This document shows, piece after piece, positions 23,914 through 37,337 of a stretch of DNA of 64,000 nt; the first letter of the stretch is position 1; each line of letters starts with the position of its first letter. A program made the translations under genes and the position numbers. The notes beneath the pieces were generated by a model. That model did no database searches. It was not told where the DNA came from and saw only the letters and a list, made by a program, of their open reading frames with translations. The stretch is from Selaginella moellendorffii (lineage: Eukaryota; Plantae; Lycopodiophyta): positions 795,403 through 859,402 of the forward strand of contig NW_003314327.1 of NCBI RefSeq assembly GCF_000143415.4, in the 5' to 3' direction.

Positions 23914-26900
23914 ATGCTGAGGCTACGCGCGTTCCGCCCCAGCAACGACAAGATCGTGAAGATCCAATTCCATCCCACGCAGCCCTGGCTCGCAGCTGCC
24001 GATGGATCCGACGCCGTCGTCGTCTGGGACTGGGAGAATCGTCAGGTGAGCTGCTCCTGCTCGGGAAATCTCACAGATCTGGGGTTTTAGGTCCTGTATG
24101 AGCTCAATGCCGGGGGTGTGGACGCCAAGCGCCTTGTCGGAGCACAGCTCCAGAAGCTTGCGGAGGGAGAGTCGGGTAAATATTTTAGGATGCTCTCGCA
24201 TTTTCTGCTGCTCTTGATCCATTCTATCCTCTCTTCATAGAGTCCAAATCCAAGCCTACCGAGGCGATTCGTGGAGGAAGGTACCCAAGTCTGTGACCAG
24301 CTTACACTTGGTTCTAATGGTGTTCTCCTTTATTTCCTTGGCAGTGTGAAGCACCTCAGATTTTACGATGACGATGTCCGCTTCTGGCAATGGTGGATCA
24401 GTCGAACAGCAGCAGTGGACGCTCAATCCTCTCCAGCACAGTTTTCTCCACCCGGTTCTTCGGGTAGTTCTGGCTCCACTCGAGGCCGGCGCTTCCTTGT
24501 TATCTGCTGCGAGAACAAAGCCATCTTCTTGGATCTGGTCACAATGCGTGCTCGAGACGTTCCCAAACAACTCCTGGAAAACAAAGCTCCTCTTTGGTAT
24601 GGCTTCAAGTTTCAGTTCTTTTTATCTAGTGTCGTTTTGGGATGACAGTGTCGAGTTTCTTCCACGCTTTACTTCTGGAGATGGCACTTTTGCGGCATTT
24701 GGTGGCTCCGACGGAAATATTCGCCTTCTGTCTCTTACAAATTGGCAGGTTCTCGGACTATAGTTACTTCGTATCGTTGTCATGTTGTAGTTTCGTTTGT
24801 TTTTCAGATGGCTCAAAAGTATATTGGCGGCCACAAGGGATCAGTCGTGTGTCTGATGACTTTTATGACGTCTAGTGGGGAGGTATGTTAAGAGCTCTTG
24901 TATTTATACCGAGCTTAGTGTAACTCTCTGAATTTCCAGACGCTTTTGGTGTCTGGGGCTACCGATGGTTTTATTGTTGTATGGAATGGCGACAATCCTC
25001 TGGCATTACGAGAAATTTCTCCAAAGCTGTCGTTGAAGGTAGTCCCTTGGAGCTTATTGTTCATTCCTGAATATTACATGTTCCCTCTACAGGCTCACGA
25101 TGGTGGTGTGCACGGTATGGAAATGGCAAAAATACAAGGGGGACCTCCTCAACTTATAACCATAGGTGCTGACAAAACATTGGCCATCTGGGATACCACT
25201 TCTTTCAAGGTAAGAACGGTTGCTCTTGGAAATTAATTTTCAAGTTATTGCTGCAGGAACTAAGAAGAATCAAGCCCATTCCAAAAGTTGCGTGTCAAAG
25301 TGTTGCCTCCTGGTGCCATCCTCGTGCCCCCAACGTGGACATCCTGACTTGTGTGAAGGACTCACATATTTGGTACGTGCTTTTGGTATGTCTATTGGTC
25401 TACAAAGTTTTTGCTTCTGCAGGGCTATTGAGCATGCAACTTACATGGCCATGACACGACCATTATGTGACTTGAGCTTACAAGTTCCCTCTGCCTTTAT
25501 AGCAGCTACCAAGAAACTTAAGGTTTTCCTTGTGATGGTCTTGTGTTTACGTTCTTACGATGAATTATTTGCTTTCTGGCAGGCATATTGCATGACAGTA
25601 CACCCGTTGCAACCCCATTTCGTTGCAACAGGAACAAACATTGGAGTCATTCTGAGCGAATTTGATGCGAAATCAATACCACCAGCGGCTGCCTTGCTAC
25701 CCGTGCCTGGAAGCAAGGAACATTCTGTTGTATATACTGCTGAGAAGGACCTCAACCTGCTTTCTTTTCAACTCTCATCTCCTGCAACAGACGGACGGCC
25801 GAGGACAGACATCGGGGAGGCACCTCAGATACTCAAACAAGTGAGGACCAGAGTTTGCCCCGTGCCTCATGAGACCTTTTCACAACTTAGTATAAGCAGT
25901 TCTGGGAAGTACGTGCTCTAATACTTTTGTAGGATTGCTAACATGCTCTTGTTGCAGGTTTGTTTCGGTTGTGTGGCCAGATGTGCCATATTTCGCCGTC
26001 TACAGAGTGAGTGACTGGGCGATGATAGACTCGGGTCAAGCAAGGTTTTTTGCATGGGACTCGTGCAAAGAAAGATACGCACTTGTGGAAGCTGTTGCAG
26101 CCCCCAGAATACTTCCTCTGGGAAAAGGTGGATCATCAAAGAAGGCTAAAGAAGCAGCTGCGCAGGCGGCCGCTGCTGCCGCTGCTGCAGCAAGTGCAGC
26201 AGCTGCTGCTACAGTTGAGATACGAATTTTGCTGGACGATGGAAGCCCAAACCTCCTAACGAAGAGCCTGGAAGGGAGACCCGAACAGGTATTGTATGCA
26301 CGTCGAGCTCGTAAAACTCAATTGCCTTTTTTTGAATTTCAAGGTTATCGGACTTCAAGGAGGTGCATTATTGGGTGTAGCCTATAAGCTCCCTCGGATG
26401 TCAATCGTTCCTAGCTCATCGACATTTTCTACCCTTGAGGATATGGGAAGGACAACGATCGCAGAAACTTCTGCAAATTTCGTGCTTTACAGGTACTGGT
26501 TGCAGTGTTAGTATTTAGTTAGTATAACAATGCAACACTCTTTTCAGCTGGGAGACGTTCAAGCCTATCAGCGGCATGCTCCCTCAGCCTGAGTGGTCTG
26601 CTTGGGATCAAACTGTGGAGTATTGCGCTCTTGCATATCAACGTCACGTTGTTATTTCGTCTCTACGTCCTCAGTATCGCTATCTCGGTAATGTAGCAAT
26701 TGCAGGCGCCACTGGTGGTGTATGGCATCGTCGGCAACTTTTTATTGCTACACCAACAACTATCGAGTCAGTTTGTGTTTTCTATGAATGCACATCTGAT
26801 TTTTACTGTTTTTTTTATCGTGCAGGTGTGTGTTCGTCGATGCGGGAGTAAGTGCCATTGATGTTGAAAGAATGAAGAGGAAGGAAGAGATGAAAAATCG

Positions 26901-28555
26901 TGCAGCTCAGGGAGCCTCCACGGCAGAGCACGGGGAACTTGCTTTGTTGACAGTGGACGCTCCAAAATCTTCATCACAGGATCGAATTGCTCTTCGACCA
27001 CCTATGTTACAGGTACGTTGATTGTTGGCCTAAGTTGCTCGTTAAATTTATTTCTGTTGCAGGTTGTCCGACTTGCTTCATTCCACACTGCTCCTTCGAT
27101 TGCACCGTTTGTATTTACCAAGCACACCAAAGGGGAGGTCGAGGCCACCGGCAGCCAAAAGGATTTGGAAGACAAGAAAGTTGCAGACGTTGCGATAGGC
27201 GGAGGCGGCGTCGCTGTAGCCGTATCCAGATTACCTATAGAGCAGAAGCGTCCTGTAGGACCTCTGGTGGTGGTGGGAGTCCGAGATGGCGTCCTTTGGA
27301 TTGTTGACAGGTAACTGGATTGCATACATTTAACGGAGCGTAACTTGAGTGTGGACGTGCACTTGTCCTACAGGTTCATGGTTGCCCACGCGATATGGCT
27401 TAGTCATCCTGGTATCCGCTGCCGATGTCTTGCTGCTCACGGAGACGCTGTTAGCGCTGTGAAATGGTACGTTTTTCTGCATGATAGTACTTACTTTACC
27501 GGCATTTTATGTTTGCAGGGCTTTCAGGCTTGGACGAGAGCACCATGACGACCTTGCTCAATTTATGCTAGGCATGGGATATGCTACTGAAGCTTTACAT
27601 CTGCCGGGCATTTCGAAGAGGTTTATCACTTACATTTTGGTTCTTTTGTTGAGTGAGTTCCTGTTCTGTAGGCTGGAGTATGAGCTCGCGATGCAGAGTG
27701 GGGATTTAAAGAGAGCTTTGCAATGCCTCGTCACGCTAAGCAATAGCAAAACTCTTGGACAAGAAGCTGATGCAGTCAGTCTCGCCTTGACAACGAAGGA
27801 GAAAACAAGCGACGCTTTACAAGGCATTGTGAAGTTCTCTAAGGAGTTTCTTGAGCTGGTAGATGCCGCCGATGCCACCGCACAATCTGAGATCTCAACT
27901 GAAGCGCTGAAGAAGCTGGCAGTGGCTGGTGCGGTCGAAGGTGCTCTAGATCCTACCGTTCTTCGAGCACTGTCTCTGAGGCTTGCTGCACACGGAGAGA
28001 TGACCCGTTTAGCGGTAAAGCTTTATACTTCTTTTCGGTTTTATTGCTCGATATCTGATCGCCTTGCCAATGCAGCTACTGGTGAACAGCATGATGGGAG
28101 CAGGCCATGGTCGGGAAGCAGCCATTGCAGCCGCACTTCTAGGAGATCCTGCTATATCAGAAAAGGCATGGCAAGAGACGGGCATGATCGCAGAAGCGAC
28201 ACTTCACGCATATGTAAGTAACTTCCTCCAACAAATTCAAAATGTCTTATGGTTTCATTCACAGGCTCACGGAAGGCCGTCCTTGAAGTCACTGCTTGAG
28301 CGCTGGAACCGCATGCTACAACTGGAGCAGGAGATACGCCCGACCGAGCTGCTCTCCATGGAGAAGGAAGCGGTGCTGGAAAACCTGGCAGAGCCGACGA
28401 AGAAGGCAGCAATTGAGATTGTTCCGCCGGGTCTTGTGGCTTCGACGCAGCAAAAGAAAGCAGCACCATCAACAGCGGCAGCAGCGGCAACTCCGGTTCT
28501 CATGTTGGAGGCTCCTCCTCTCCGTGCTCCAGCTCCACAAACGGTTGCAAGTTAA
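23914..28555 (+). CDS. TWD40-2: TPLATE/TSET complex WD40 subunit TWD40-2, multi-exon
   Basis: N-terminus MLRLRAFRPSNDKIVKIQFHPTQPWL...ELNAGGVDAKRLVGAQLQKLAEGES...KPTEAIRGGSVKHLRFYDDDVRFWQ; GREHHDDLAQFMLGMGYATEALHLPGISKR; characteristic of the TWD40-2 family. Confidence 0.92.
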
Positions 28556-28705
28556 AGGTCCGACGTGACAGCAGCAGGGAATCGACGACAGGAACCACTT
28601 CTCCAAGTTTTCAGGGTCTTCGTGCCTTTGGAGCATGACAACGAGTGTGCCAAGTGGCGGAGGTGCATGGTTTTAGGGTGTCAGACGAAAGGACAGGTCA
28701 CCGCT

Positions 28706-30444
28706 ATGAGCAGGAGGACAATGCTTCACGCGGCAGTGATGCGGTATCTTTCCAACGTCACAAGCGGTGCCAGTTCTCCGTCGCCCTCTTCTATCTCCGG
28801 TAGTTTTCGCAAGAGCTCGAGATCATTGGCCGGGCTTCCGGGTTCCAGTCCACGGGTGTTGGGTGCCAGCTCTGGATTGTCTACTGTCAGTCCTTGGAGT
28901 TTTGGATTACTGGGCATTGAGCAGCGGAGGCATTTTGCGGCTTCTTCAGCTCCCGACACTCCTGCTGCCAGTGATCCCGAGGTTCCGGCGAGTGTGATCA
29001 GTAGTACCAGCAAAGAGTTGTGGGAAAGCGTGAAGGAGATGAGCGCTGAGGCGTCCAACTACACAAAGCAGACGGTGATCCCCAGCTTGCAGCAGTGGCT
29101 GGATCCAACGTCTCCCTACACAATGCAAGGCTTGATTCCTACCACCCTCGCGCTGGCCTCGTGCGCAGCGGCATGGCTTGTGCTCCCGAGAGTTCTTCGT
29201 CGGCTCCACAAGTACGTGGAGGAAGGGCCTACGACTAGTTTGCTTGGAAAGTCGGAGAAACACCCGTATGAGATGAGTATGTGGGCAGCATTGGAAGATC
29301 CAACGCGCCTTTTCCTCACGCTCGTAGCCTTCTCTCAGCTGTAAGTTGTTTTCTTTTGCTTGATCTTGTTGAGGGACTCGAGTTTTTCGCTTCAGGGGAG
29401 CCCTGGTCGCACCGACCACCGTCGTATCCCATTTGGAACTGGCGTGGCGAGGTGGACTATTGCTCAGCGGGCTGTGGTTCCTCCACAGATGGAAGAGTGT
29501 ATTTTTCTCTCGCCTCCTCGTCGGAAAGGCGTCTAGCAAGGAGGAGCTAGAGCGTTATCTGGTCTTGGACAAGGTTTCATCGATTGGTATAATTGTGCTG
29601 GGAGCCATGGCTCTGGCTGAGGCATCTGGCGTTCCCCTCCAATCTGTTCTCACCGTCGGAGGGATTGGAGGTGAGTTATTACTACTATAATTCTTTCCTC
29701 GTTTCTATGCCAACCTTCTAACTCAAGTTTCCTGTGACACGCAGGTATAGCAACAGCATTCGCAGCCCGTGACGTTCTTGGAAATGCACTGAGTGGTATA
29801 ATTCTCCAGTTCATCAAGCCATTCTCCGTGGGGGATTATATCACCGTAAGTTGCACTCTTTTTGGCTCCGTTTCTTGTAACACGAGAGCTCCTTGCAGGC
29901 TGGAAACATCGACGGACAGATCGTCAAGATGGGACTCCATTCGACAACGCTGTTGAACACAGACAAGATTCCCATGATGGTTCCAAACTCGTTCTTCTCC
30001 AGCCAGGTTTGTTTCTCTGCCTGTTGGTTCGCTAAACAATACTGGCCTTCTTCTAGGTGATTGTCAACAAGTCTCGCTGTCCAAAGCAGGCAATTAAGTC
30101 GCGGATTTACATCCGGTGCTCGGACATCGACAAGGTTCCCGTGATCACAGACGAGGTCGTAGAGCTCCTCAAGACTCATCCCAAGATCTTGTCCGAGCAG
30201 GATAGCCCTCTTTGCTACCTCTCCAAGACGGCCCCGACTCATCTCGAGCTCACATTCTCTTGCGACATCCAATCTCTGGTTAGTGAGCCAACTCAAATGA
30301 TCTCCTTGCCCAAGCTTCTAGTTGACATTCTTGTTTCCTTGCTGGCAGAACAAACGCGAAGTGTTGGCCCTGGAGCAGGAACTTCTGGTGAGAGCAGCAG
30401 AGGTGGTCCGAAAATCTGGTGCCGCTCTTGGAGCTCCCGCTTAA
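28706..30444 (+). CDS. MscS-like mechanosensitive channel, MSL1 (mitochondrial)-type, multi-exon
   Basis: Arg/Ser-rich presequence; ALEDPTR; SVLTVGGIGGIATAFAARDVLGNALSG..LQF..PFSVGDYI; AGNIDGQIVKMGLHSTTLL...VPNSFFSSQVIVNKSR. Confidence 0.9.
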
Positions 30445-31183
30445 AAAGGTAGCCTTTCAATCTTCTTCCACCCGAATCAATGCCTCATATTCCTGCTGCT
30501 CGTTTTGGTTTTCACCATCGATTTGATGGATTGTAAGTACAAACGTTTGAAGGTTTTGTTTGCTCCATGGTCAAAGATGAAACAGCTCCTTGTCACGCGA
30601 TGTTCTTCCTGTTTGAAACAATATAGGAGTCCCTCCTTGTCCTCGTGTCCGCCATCGTCTAAATCAACGAGTATGAGATCGCGGTTGGCGAACTACAGCC
30701 AAATGGCCTCGTGAGACAAAAGCATACTTATTCATGCAACCAAAAGAAAGGAACTTAAACATCAAGACAACGATTTGAGCCAAATGGTAAATTGCAGTTT
30801 AATGAAAGTTCTACTTTTAAAAGCCTAAACCTTGGACGTGAAGAAAATAGAATGAAATAATCCAATGCCACGGGACACCTCCCGTGGCCTCCACTACAAT
30901 AGCCACGGCATCTTCCCAATCCTGGGAATCTAAATCATAGAAGCGATTTGTCAACGCTTGTGGAAAATAAATTCTCGTACATGGCAAGCCAGCGAGGGCA
31001 AGGCATGTAGCAGAACCATTGCCTGTCAATTCATTGTTTTCTTATAGATTGTGTCATCTGAGATTTTTCACAAGTCCATAGTCCCTTGCTAGTTTTCACA
31101 AACCACACAGTTTGTCACAGTTGTGTTTTGGAACTCAAGAAGAATTTTCAACTTTTCATATTACAATCAGGATTACATCAAAA

Positions 31184-31755
31184 CTAGCAAGAGTAACCCC
31201 CTGTTCCTGGATTTACATGGAGCTCCAGAACAAAAGACGTTTGTGTAACTAAGCTTGTAAGATGATTTTCTGACACTAGACTATCGAAGTCCAGGACAAA
31301 CCTGTCCGGCAAGCGACCTGCGATCGGCTGCTGCTGTGAGTATAGCAAAAACTCGTAGGTGTGTTGTATGAGATCGTGCGGAGACGGCCTCACGTACATC
31401 TCAAAGGGATCCCCGTTAAGAAAGCGCGTCCCTGGAATGTTGCCAACCCAGTAGTGAACGTAAGTCTCCTGCGGAGCGCCAGGGAATCTGGACGCTTGGC
31501 GATCGATCATTAGAAGCGAGTAGAGATTGTCTTGATCAGATTGTCCAGTGATTTGAATTCGTGGTGTGCTTGCTGTTTGCTGGCAAGTGAGAGATTTCCC
31601 TTGGGTGACCTCAATTCCTCCATAACTTATGTCCAAACTTTGAGACAAAACTATAGATTGACAGAAAACTGTAAGCACACTCGATCGAAACAAATTCATT
31701 TACCTGTAGTGACAGAAACGAGGAAGAAGAAAAAGACCACAACTAATGAGTCCAT
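31184..31755 (-). CDS. Secreted PEBP (phosphatidylethanolamine-binding protein family) protein, 2 exons
   Basis: Exon 1 31755-31704 MDSLVVVFFFLVSVTT; 53-nt GT-AG intron 31703-31651; exon 2 VLSQSLDISYGG...YSLLMID...YVHYWVGNIPG...YVRPSP...HTYEFLLYSQ (PEBP motifs). Confidence 0.82.
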
Positions 31756-32303
31756 GAGCTACAAAACAAAAATAATGAGATTTTGCTGACTTGGCATTTT
31801 AGATTAGATTAGCTTTGTTGCTCTATAAATATAAAATTTAAAAGGCTTAGATTAGGCTGAATCTCCATTTTCATTCTGTTCATGAGACAAGCAGCTCAGA
31901 CCCCACGGGCGCATTTTCCTTAATCTTGCAGCATTAAAGAACCATCAGAACCATCAAACAAGGTGGAGAACACAAATGGTTTATTTGTTGCTGCGCGATC
32001 TGGAGGCCTGGTTTCCCGCATCGGCTGTTCGGGAGCTAGCGTTGTAATCATCCAATAAGTCTAGAAACCTGGAGATCAGTGCAGACTCTGAAGTTTCTTT
32101 GATCCGATTGTTACAATCAGACTCATTTTGCGAAAAAACTTGTTGACAAATTCTCGCACGATCTGTTGCATTCTGGAGAACTTCATGGTTGGCAAGGAGG
32201 ATTTTCTTTCCTTCCCAATAGCATTTAGAGTACAAGTGAATATCCTACAACAACAAAGAATCAAAGTTAATGGCAACCGTTGACCGGTCGCAGACCGGCG
32301 TCG

Positions 32304-33617
32304 TCAGCACTGGACGACCGCGCACACGGCACCGTTCCTCATGTCGGGCAAATGCGGCGCCTTGGACCACTCTTGCCCGCGCGTGTCGTAGACGAGCACC
32401 AGCCCCTCGCGGAGCCCCCGCGGGTTCCTCCCGCCGCGGCGCAGCAGATCGTCGATGCAGCCCCCGACCTGGATGATGTGCACAGCGCTGCCCACCGTGA
32501 CGCACGAAAACTTGAGCAGGTTGTCGATCCTCAGCGGCGACGGTATGGGCGGCAGATTGATCCGGCTCCACGCCTGGCCGCGCGTGTCATACCGCCAGAA
32601 GGAGAGCTCCACGGCGTGGCTGGAGAGCATGTAGATGCAAGACCCGACCACGGTGCACGAGATCACGCAGCCGCCCCCGATCGGCAGCGGGCGCGACTTG
32701 AGCCACGCGTTGACCCGGGGGTCAAAGCAGTCCATGGAGCTGAGGTAGGCGTACGGACGCCTGATGCCGCCGATGACGTAGAAGATGCCGTCCACGGCGG
32801 CGCCGATGCAGCCGTAGCGCCGGTGCCGCATGTCCGGGAGCCGCCGCCACGTGTCCAGCTCGGGGTCGTACACCTCGGCCTCGTGCATGACGACGTCGCG
32901 GCTGGCCCGGCAACGGCTGGCGCCGCCGGCCACGTAGACCCGGTCCCCAATGACGCAGCAGGCGAACTTCTTCCGTGGCAGGAGCATGGGGGCCGCGCGG
33001 GCGACCGTCCGCCGCCACGTGTCGTAGACCATGGTGCAGTCGCCCGCCAGCGTGGCGCCCAGCACGAGGATGCGGTGCTGGAGTACCGCCGACTGCGCGT
33101 GGATGAAGGTGTGGTCGGAGGATGACGTGTCGTGGTCGTGGTCGTGGTTGTCGGGGAAGAGGAGGCCGGCCTGCCACTGGCCCGTGGACTGGGAGTACGT
33201 GGCGGAGGAGAGCCCCGAGCCAATGCCGCCAAAGACCACCACGAAGCTCTCGAGCATCCGGAGCTTCCCGCGCGCGCGGTAGTAGGGGTCGGACTGGACG
33301 ATCGCGCGCCAGTGGCGGCACACCATGGCGCACTGCCGGATGGAGCCACGCGGTACCCTAGCCAGGCATTCCACCAGGAGATCGTCCGGGAGGGACGCCA
33401 TGAGCAAGCTCTGGAGGGAGGAGGAAGGAGAAGGAATGCGAGGCGGCGGCAAGAGCATTGCCGAGTACTCCACCACTACCTCTTGGCGATCGCCGTAGCA
33501 CTCGCAATCGGACATGGGCGGGCTCCAGCACGCCCGGACGAGGCTCCGGAGCCCCATTCTCCTGCCGCTCTTGGAGCGCTGCATTGCCGCCGCCGCGCCC
33601 GCCGCTGGCTGCCCCAT
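32304..33617 (-). CDS. F-box/kelch-repeat protein, intronless, GC-rich
   Basis: F-box LPDDLLVECLARVP...VCRHWRAIV; kelch repeats PRKKFACCVIGDRVYVAGG, AEVYDPELDTWRRLPDM, FYVIGG. Confidence 0.93.
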   Translation of the reverse strand: MGQPAAGAAAAMQRSKSGRRMGLRSLVRACWSPPMSDCECYGDRQEVVVEYSAMLLPPPRIPSPSSSLQSLLMASLPDDLLVECLARVPRGSIRQCAMVCRHWRAIVQSDPYYRARGKLRMLESFVVVFGGIGSGLSSATYSQSTGQWQAGLLFPDNHDHDHDTSSSDHTFIHAQSAVLQHRILVLGATLAGDCTMVYDTWRRTVARAAPMLLPRKKFACCVIGDRVYVAGGASRCRASRDVVMHEAEVYDPELDTWRRLPDMRHRRYGCIGAAVDGIFYVIGGIRRPYAYLSSMDCFDPRVNAWLKSRPLPIGGGCVISCTVVGSCIYMLSSHAVELSFWRYDTRGQAWSRINLPPIPSPLRIDNLLKFSCVTVGSAVHIIQVGGCIDDLLRRGGRNPRGLREGLVLVYDTRGQEWSKAPHLPDMRNGAVCAVVQC

Positions 33618-33898
33618 CCTGTGTAGCAATCGATCGATGTGATCGACCGAAACCCTAAGCTAGGAGCTGCGCTCGATCTACGCTATACCAACACCGGCAT
33701 TCCTCCACCAAACCCTAGCGAGATAGCTCTGCTCGAACGGACCACATTTTCCCACCATTTTCTCTTCTCTTTGTGCGATTACCATTCTATCCGAGCAATC
33801 GATTAAATGCGCGCATTCTCCCAGATCTTCTCGATCGATCGAGCCAGCCAGTCACCACCAAACCCTAGCGCTCTTTCTCTTTGCCGCGATCCATCAAT

Positions 33899-36800
33899 TC
33901 AAATGTACTTCATTCCAGCGATCCTAATCCGGCGCGAGATCATGAACTGGAGGAGCGCGTAGATCACGCCCAGCAGCGCCAGCCCCCGGATGCTGCCCAC
34001 GTCCGCCGCCACGATAGCGGGCGCGTTGAGCGGACTCGTCACCAGCAGCGCCATGTCCGACGCCCGCGCCTGGTTCCACAGGAAGAGATTGAACACCGCG
34101 TGACTGGGGATCGCCATCGCCAGCAGCACCGTGTTCTTGGCCGCGTAGATCACCCCCGCCCCGCCCATCTCCATCCCCCACGACGAGCTCTCGTGCCCGT
34201 GCCACACCTCGCCCCACACCTTGATCGCCGAGGAGATGGCGAGGTAGATCGACACCGCGGCGCACAGCGGGAGGTAGCGCTGCCGATCGCCGAATCCGGT
34301 GACGAGATTAGTATCCTGGTTGAGCAGCAGGAGGATCGGCGCCAGGAACAGCACCGCTCGATCGGATCCGCCGGTGAGGTGCCGGTTGAGGACGATGCAC
34401 AGGAGGAAGCTCCCGATGGTGGCGATGTTCCCCACCGCTGGCATCCACGCCCCCTCCGCCGAGAGCTTCTTCACAGTGAGAGGGCTCATGTGAGAAGCTC
34501 GCTGCTGCTGTAAAAGCCGGTGCTTTGGCACGAATCCAGCTCCTCCTCCTCCGGTGTGGACTCCTCCCTTTTCTCGGAGGATCGAAGCGAGCTGGAGCTT
34601 GATCACCAGCGCGATGAGCATGAAGATTGCGGCGTAGAGACCCAGCAGCGAGCTGCGTGCTCCTCGGAGAGCCAGTATCGAGACGAGCTTCTCGTCGCCA
34701 TCGCCACCTGTTTGATCCCATCCTCCCCGGAGCTGGCCTTCGAGGAGATACATGACCGGAAGCAGCGAGACGAGGAGTCCAAACAGCCACGGCACGAAGC
34801 GGGGGCTGGAGGCCGATGGTAGCAGCACGAAGACGAGGAAGAGCGAGGCCGACACCATCGCCACTACCAGGAGGACGCCGATGATCACGAGCTCAGGGAA
34901 GTAGCGCGCCGCGATGTAGATCCCCAGGTTGGCACCCACGCCGATCGCGTAGAAGAAGCGAAGTGTGACGAAGTGCTGGACCGGGAGAGCCGAGGACAGC
35001 GCCGCCAGGGTCGTGATCGCCGTGGCGAGGAGGAGCCATGTCGACCAAGTCGGCACTGCTGCTATTCCGCCATAGATCGCCTCGTCGTCAGAATAGTCGA
35101 TCTCCCTCACGTAAAACGTTCGCCTCGAAAAGGACCACGGGAGAGGCGGCTGCAAGAGCATGAACAGCAGGCCGGTTGCCAGGACCAGGACGAGTGATCT
35201 TCTCGCTGCCTGCAGCGTAAAAATGTGATTCTTAGAGAAGAGAAGCTGTGAAAACAGAGTTTTGAAAAGTACCTGCAAGTGGTTGAAATGCTGGACTACG
35301 ATCGGGGCGCTGGCAAAACCCGCCAAGAGTATCATGGAACCGAGAATAACACTGTCCGAGGGACGTCGACCGAAAGACCACTCGAGAGCCTCGATGATTG
35401 TCGACTGGCACCAGAATACAGCCGCGAGAATAACGACTGCGTGAGCGATTCCTTGCCATGGTTTCATCCGACTTCCAGTTTTTCCTTTTTGTCTGTGAAG
35501 GAAAGAGCGAAAACTTTAGCTTTCTACCTCCAACGAACAAACTTCTCCCTCGAAAGAACAAACTTACTTGTAGAGAAGAACGGGTGGCGAGACGGCCAGA
35601 AGCAACACCACCGAGGACCACAGCACAGTTCTGGAAGATAACAGCAGCATCCCAAGCTTGGAAGCGTAGAGGCAATAGATCACCCAAGCTCCGAGAGATG
35701 TGACAAAATTGTTAGCAGCCAATCTTCGAGTGACTAGCAATCCAAAGGTGGTGGAGAGCACCACCGCATAGCTTGGATAAATAACGTCGTCCGTGTAGCC
35801 ATAGTAGATCCCGGGGTAGTTGTAGAGCTTGTTCTCGAGGTTGCAAACCAGCGCGGCATGCCCGATCAAAGAAATGTCGGTGAGGTAGCGAGCCTTGCCG
35901 GGAAGAGTGCTCAGCCCTGGAACTGCCAAGGCAATGCTCGCGCTGGCAATGAGAAGCTTGCAAATCGACTTGATTTCGCTTCCTCCAACCCAGATGCTCA
36001 GTGACCAGTAGTTGTGGAACACAAACCAGGTGACTGAAACGCTTGCCGAAACCGCGAAGAGAAAATACGATCCAAGGTTTCTGGACGCGAGGTAGTGGCC
36101 CAGGAACGCGGCGGAGATGATCGGAGCTGGGAGAAACTGCAGCAAAAATCTTTGAGCACCCAAGAAACGATTTTCCCGAGAGCTGGAGCTCTAGAAGCAC
36201 GAACCTTGAGTGGCATGCCAAGGACGAGCGAGGACGAGAGCGCGGCGACGAGGAGGAGAGCGGTGAGAGGAGCGTTTCCAACGCGGCCGAGGAGGAACAA
36301 TCCAACAGCGGCAGCTCCTCCCAAGAGGCCGAGCGTGACGAGCAGATAGTTGAAAGGTGGCGGGATCTGGATGTACTGGTGGAACGCGAAGAACACCACC
36401 CGGACCTCGAGACTGAGGATCACCGCCACCAGAGCGATCGCGCCATTGACGAGGCGAAAGTGGTCGAGTTGCCTGTGATCTTTGGCCAGCCACCACAGAG
36501 CTCCTTTCGTGGATGCGTAGAGCTGGAAGAGCAAAGGCACGAAGAAGAGGAGGACGAGCTCGGCGATGGCGTTGGCGGATCCAAGCCGGCGGTGGTGGAT
36601 CCCGAGATGGAGCGCCAGTGGGAGAAACAGTAGCATCAAAGTGTGGAGACATCCTTCCAGAGGCCCGATGAGTAGGGACTCTTCGGGGATCTGTCCGCCA
36701 TAGCTCTTCTCGGGCTTGGACTTAAACGAGGACGTCCTAGGCAGCGAGAAGAGCCAGTAGAGGACGAACTGGACGGCCATGAGATAGAACGCGGCGTGCT

Positions 36801-37296
36801 CCACCCCCGCCGCCGCCACAATTCCCCACGTCTGGCACGCGCCGGCGACGATCGGTGTGGTCGCGAAGAGCAATCTCTCCAGCGCGATCACCACCGAGGG
36901 ATTCTCGAGCTGCAGCCAGCGGAATTGGAGCGATGCCCAGACGCCAATGAGAAAGATGAGCTCCATGAGCACGAGCAGTCCCAATCCCTGGAGAGCCCAG
37001 CTGGAGCTGGAGAGGTTGATCCCTGTGACGAAAAACGCGATCCCGGCCGCGAACAGCGACCCCCAGACCCCGAAGAAGGCCGCGCGCTTGAGGAGGAGAG
37101 AATCTAGAATGTAGGAGATCATGAGTCCTACCGTGAGCGTGGCCGACACCGGCTTGCCGCCCATCCCGAGCATCAGAGCCGCGCACGGTGCCAGCGCCAT
37201 GCCCATCCTCGCATTGTGCTTGAAGCCCGTGGATCGGAGCTCGTCCACGGGCGGGCGCCTCGACGCCGCCATCCCTGTTCTTGAGGAAGAGCTCAT
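33899..37296 (-). CDS. NEF1: NO EXINE FORMATION 1 multi-pass membrane protein, 4 exons
   Basis: FKHNARMGMALAPCAA...TLTVGLMISYILDSL; LQFRWLQLENPSVVIALERLLFA; EGAWMPAVGN; LLLLNQD..GFGDRQRY; C-terminal GMKYI. Confidence 0.93.
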
Positions 37297-37337
37297 AAAC
37301 CCTAAATTCTGGCGAGATGCCCTAGGCGCGGATGACA

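Noticed and set aside
31981-32276. Small minus-strand ORFs downstream of the F-box/kelch gene
   Set aside because: No family motif and no convincing start; may be 3'UTR or an unidentifiable scrap
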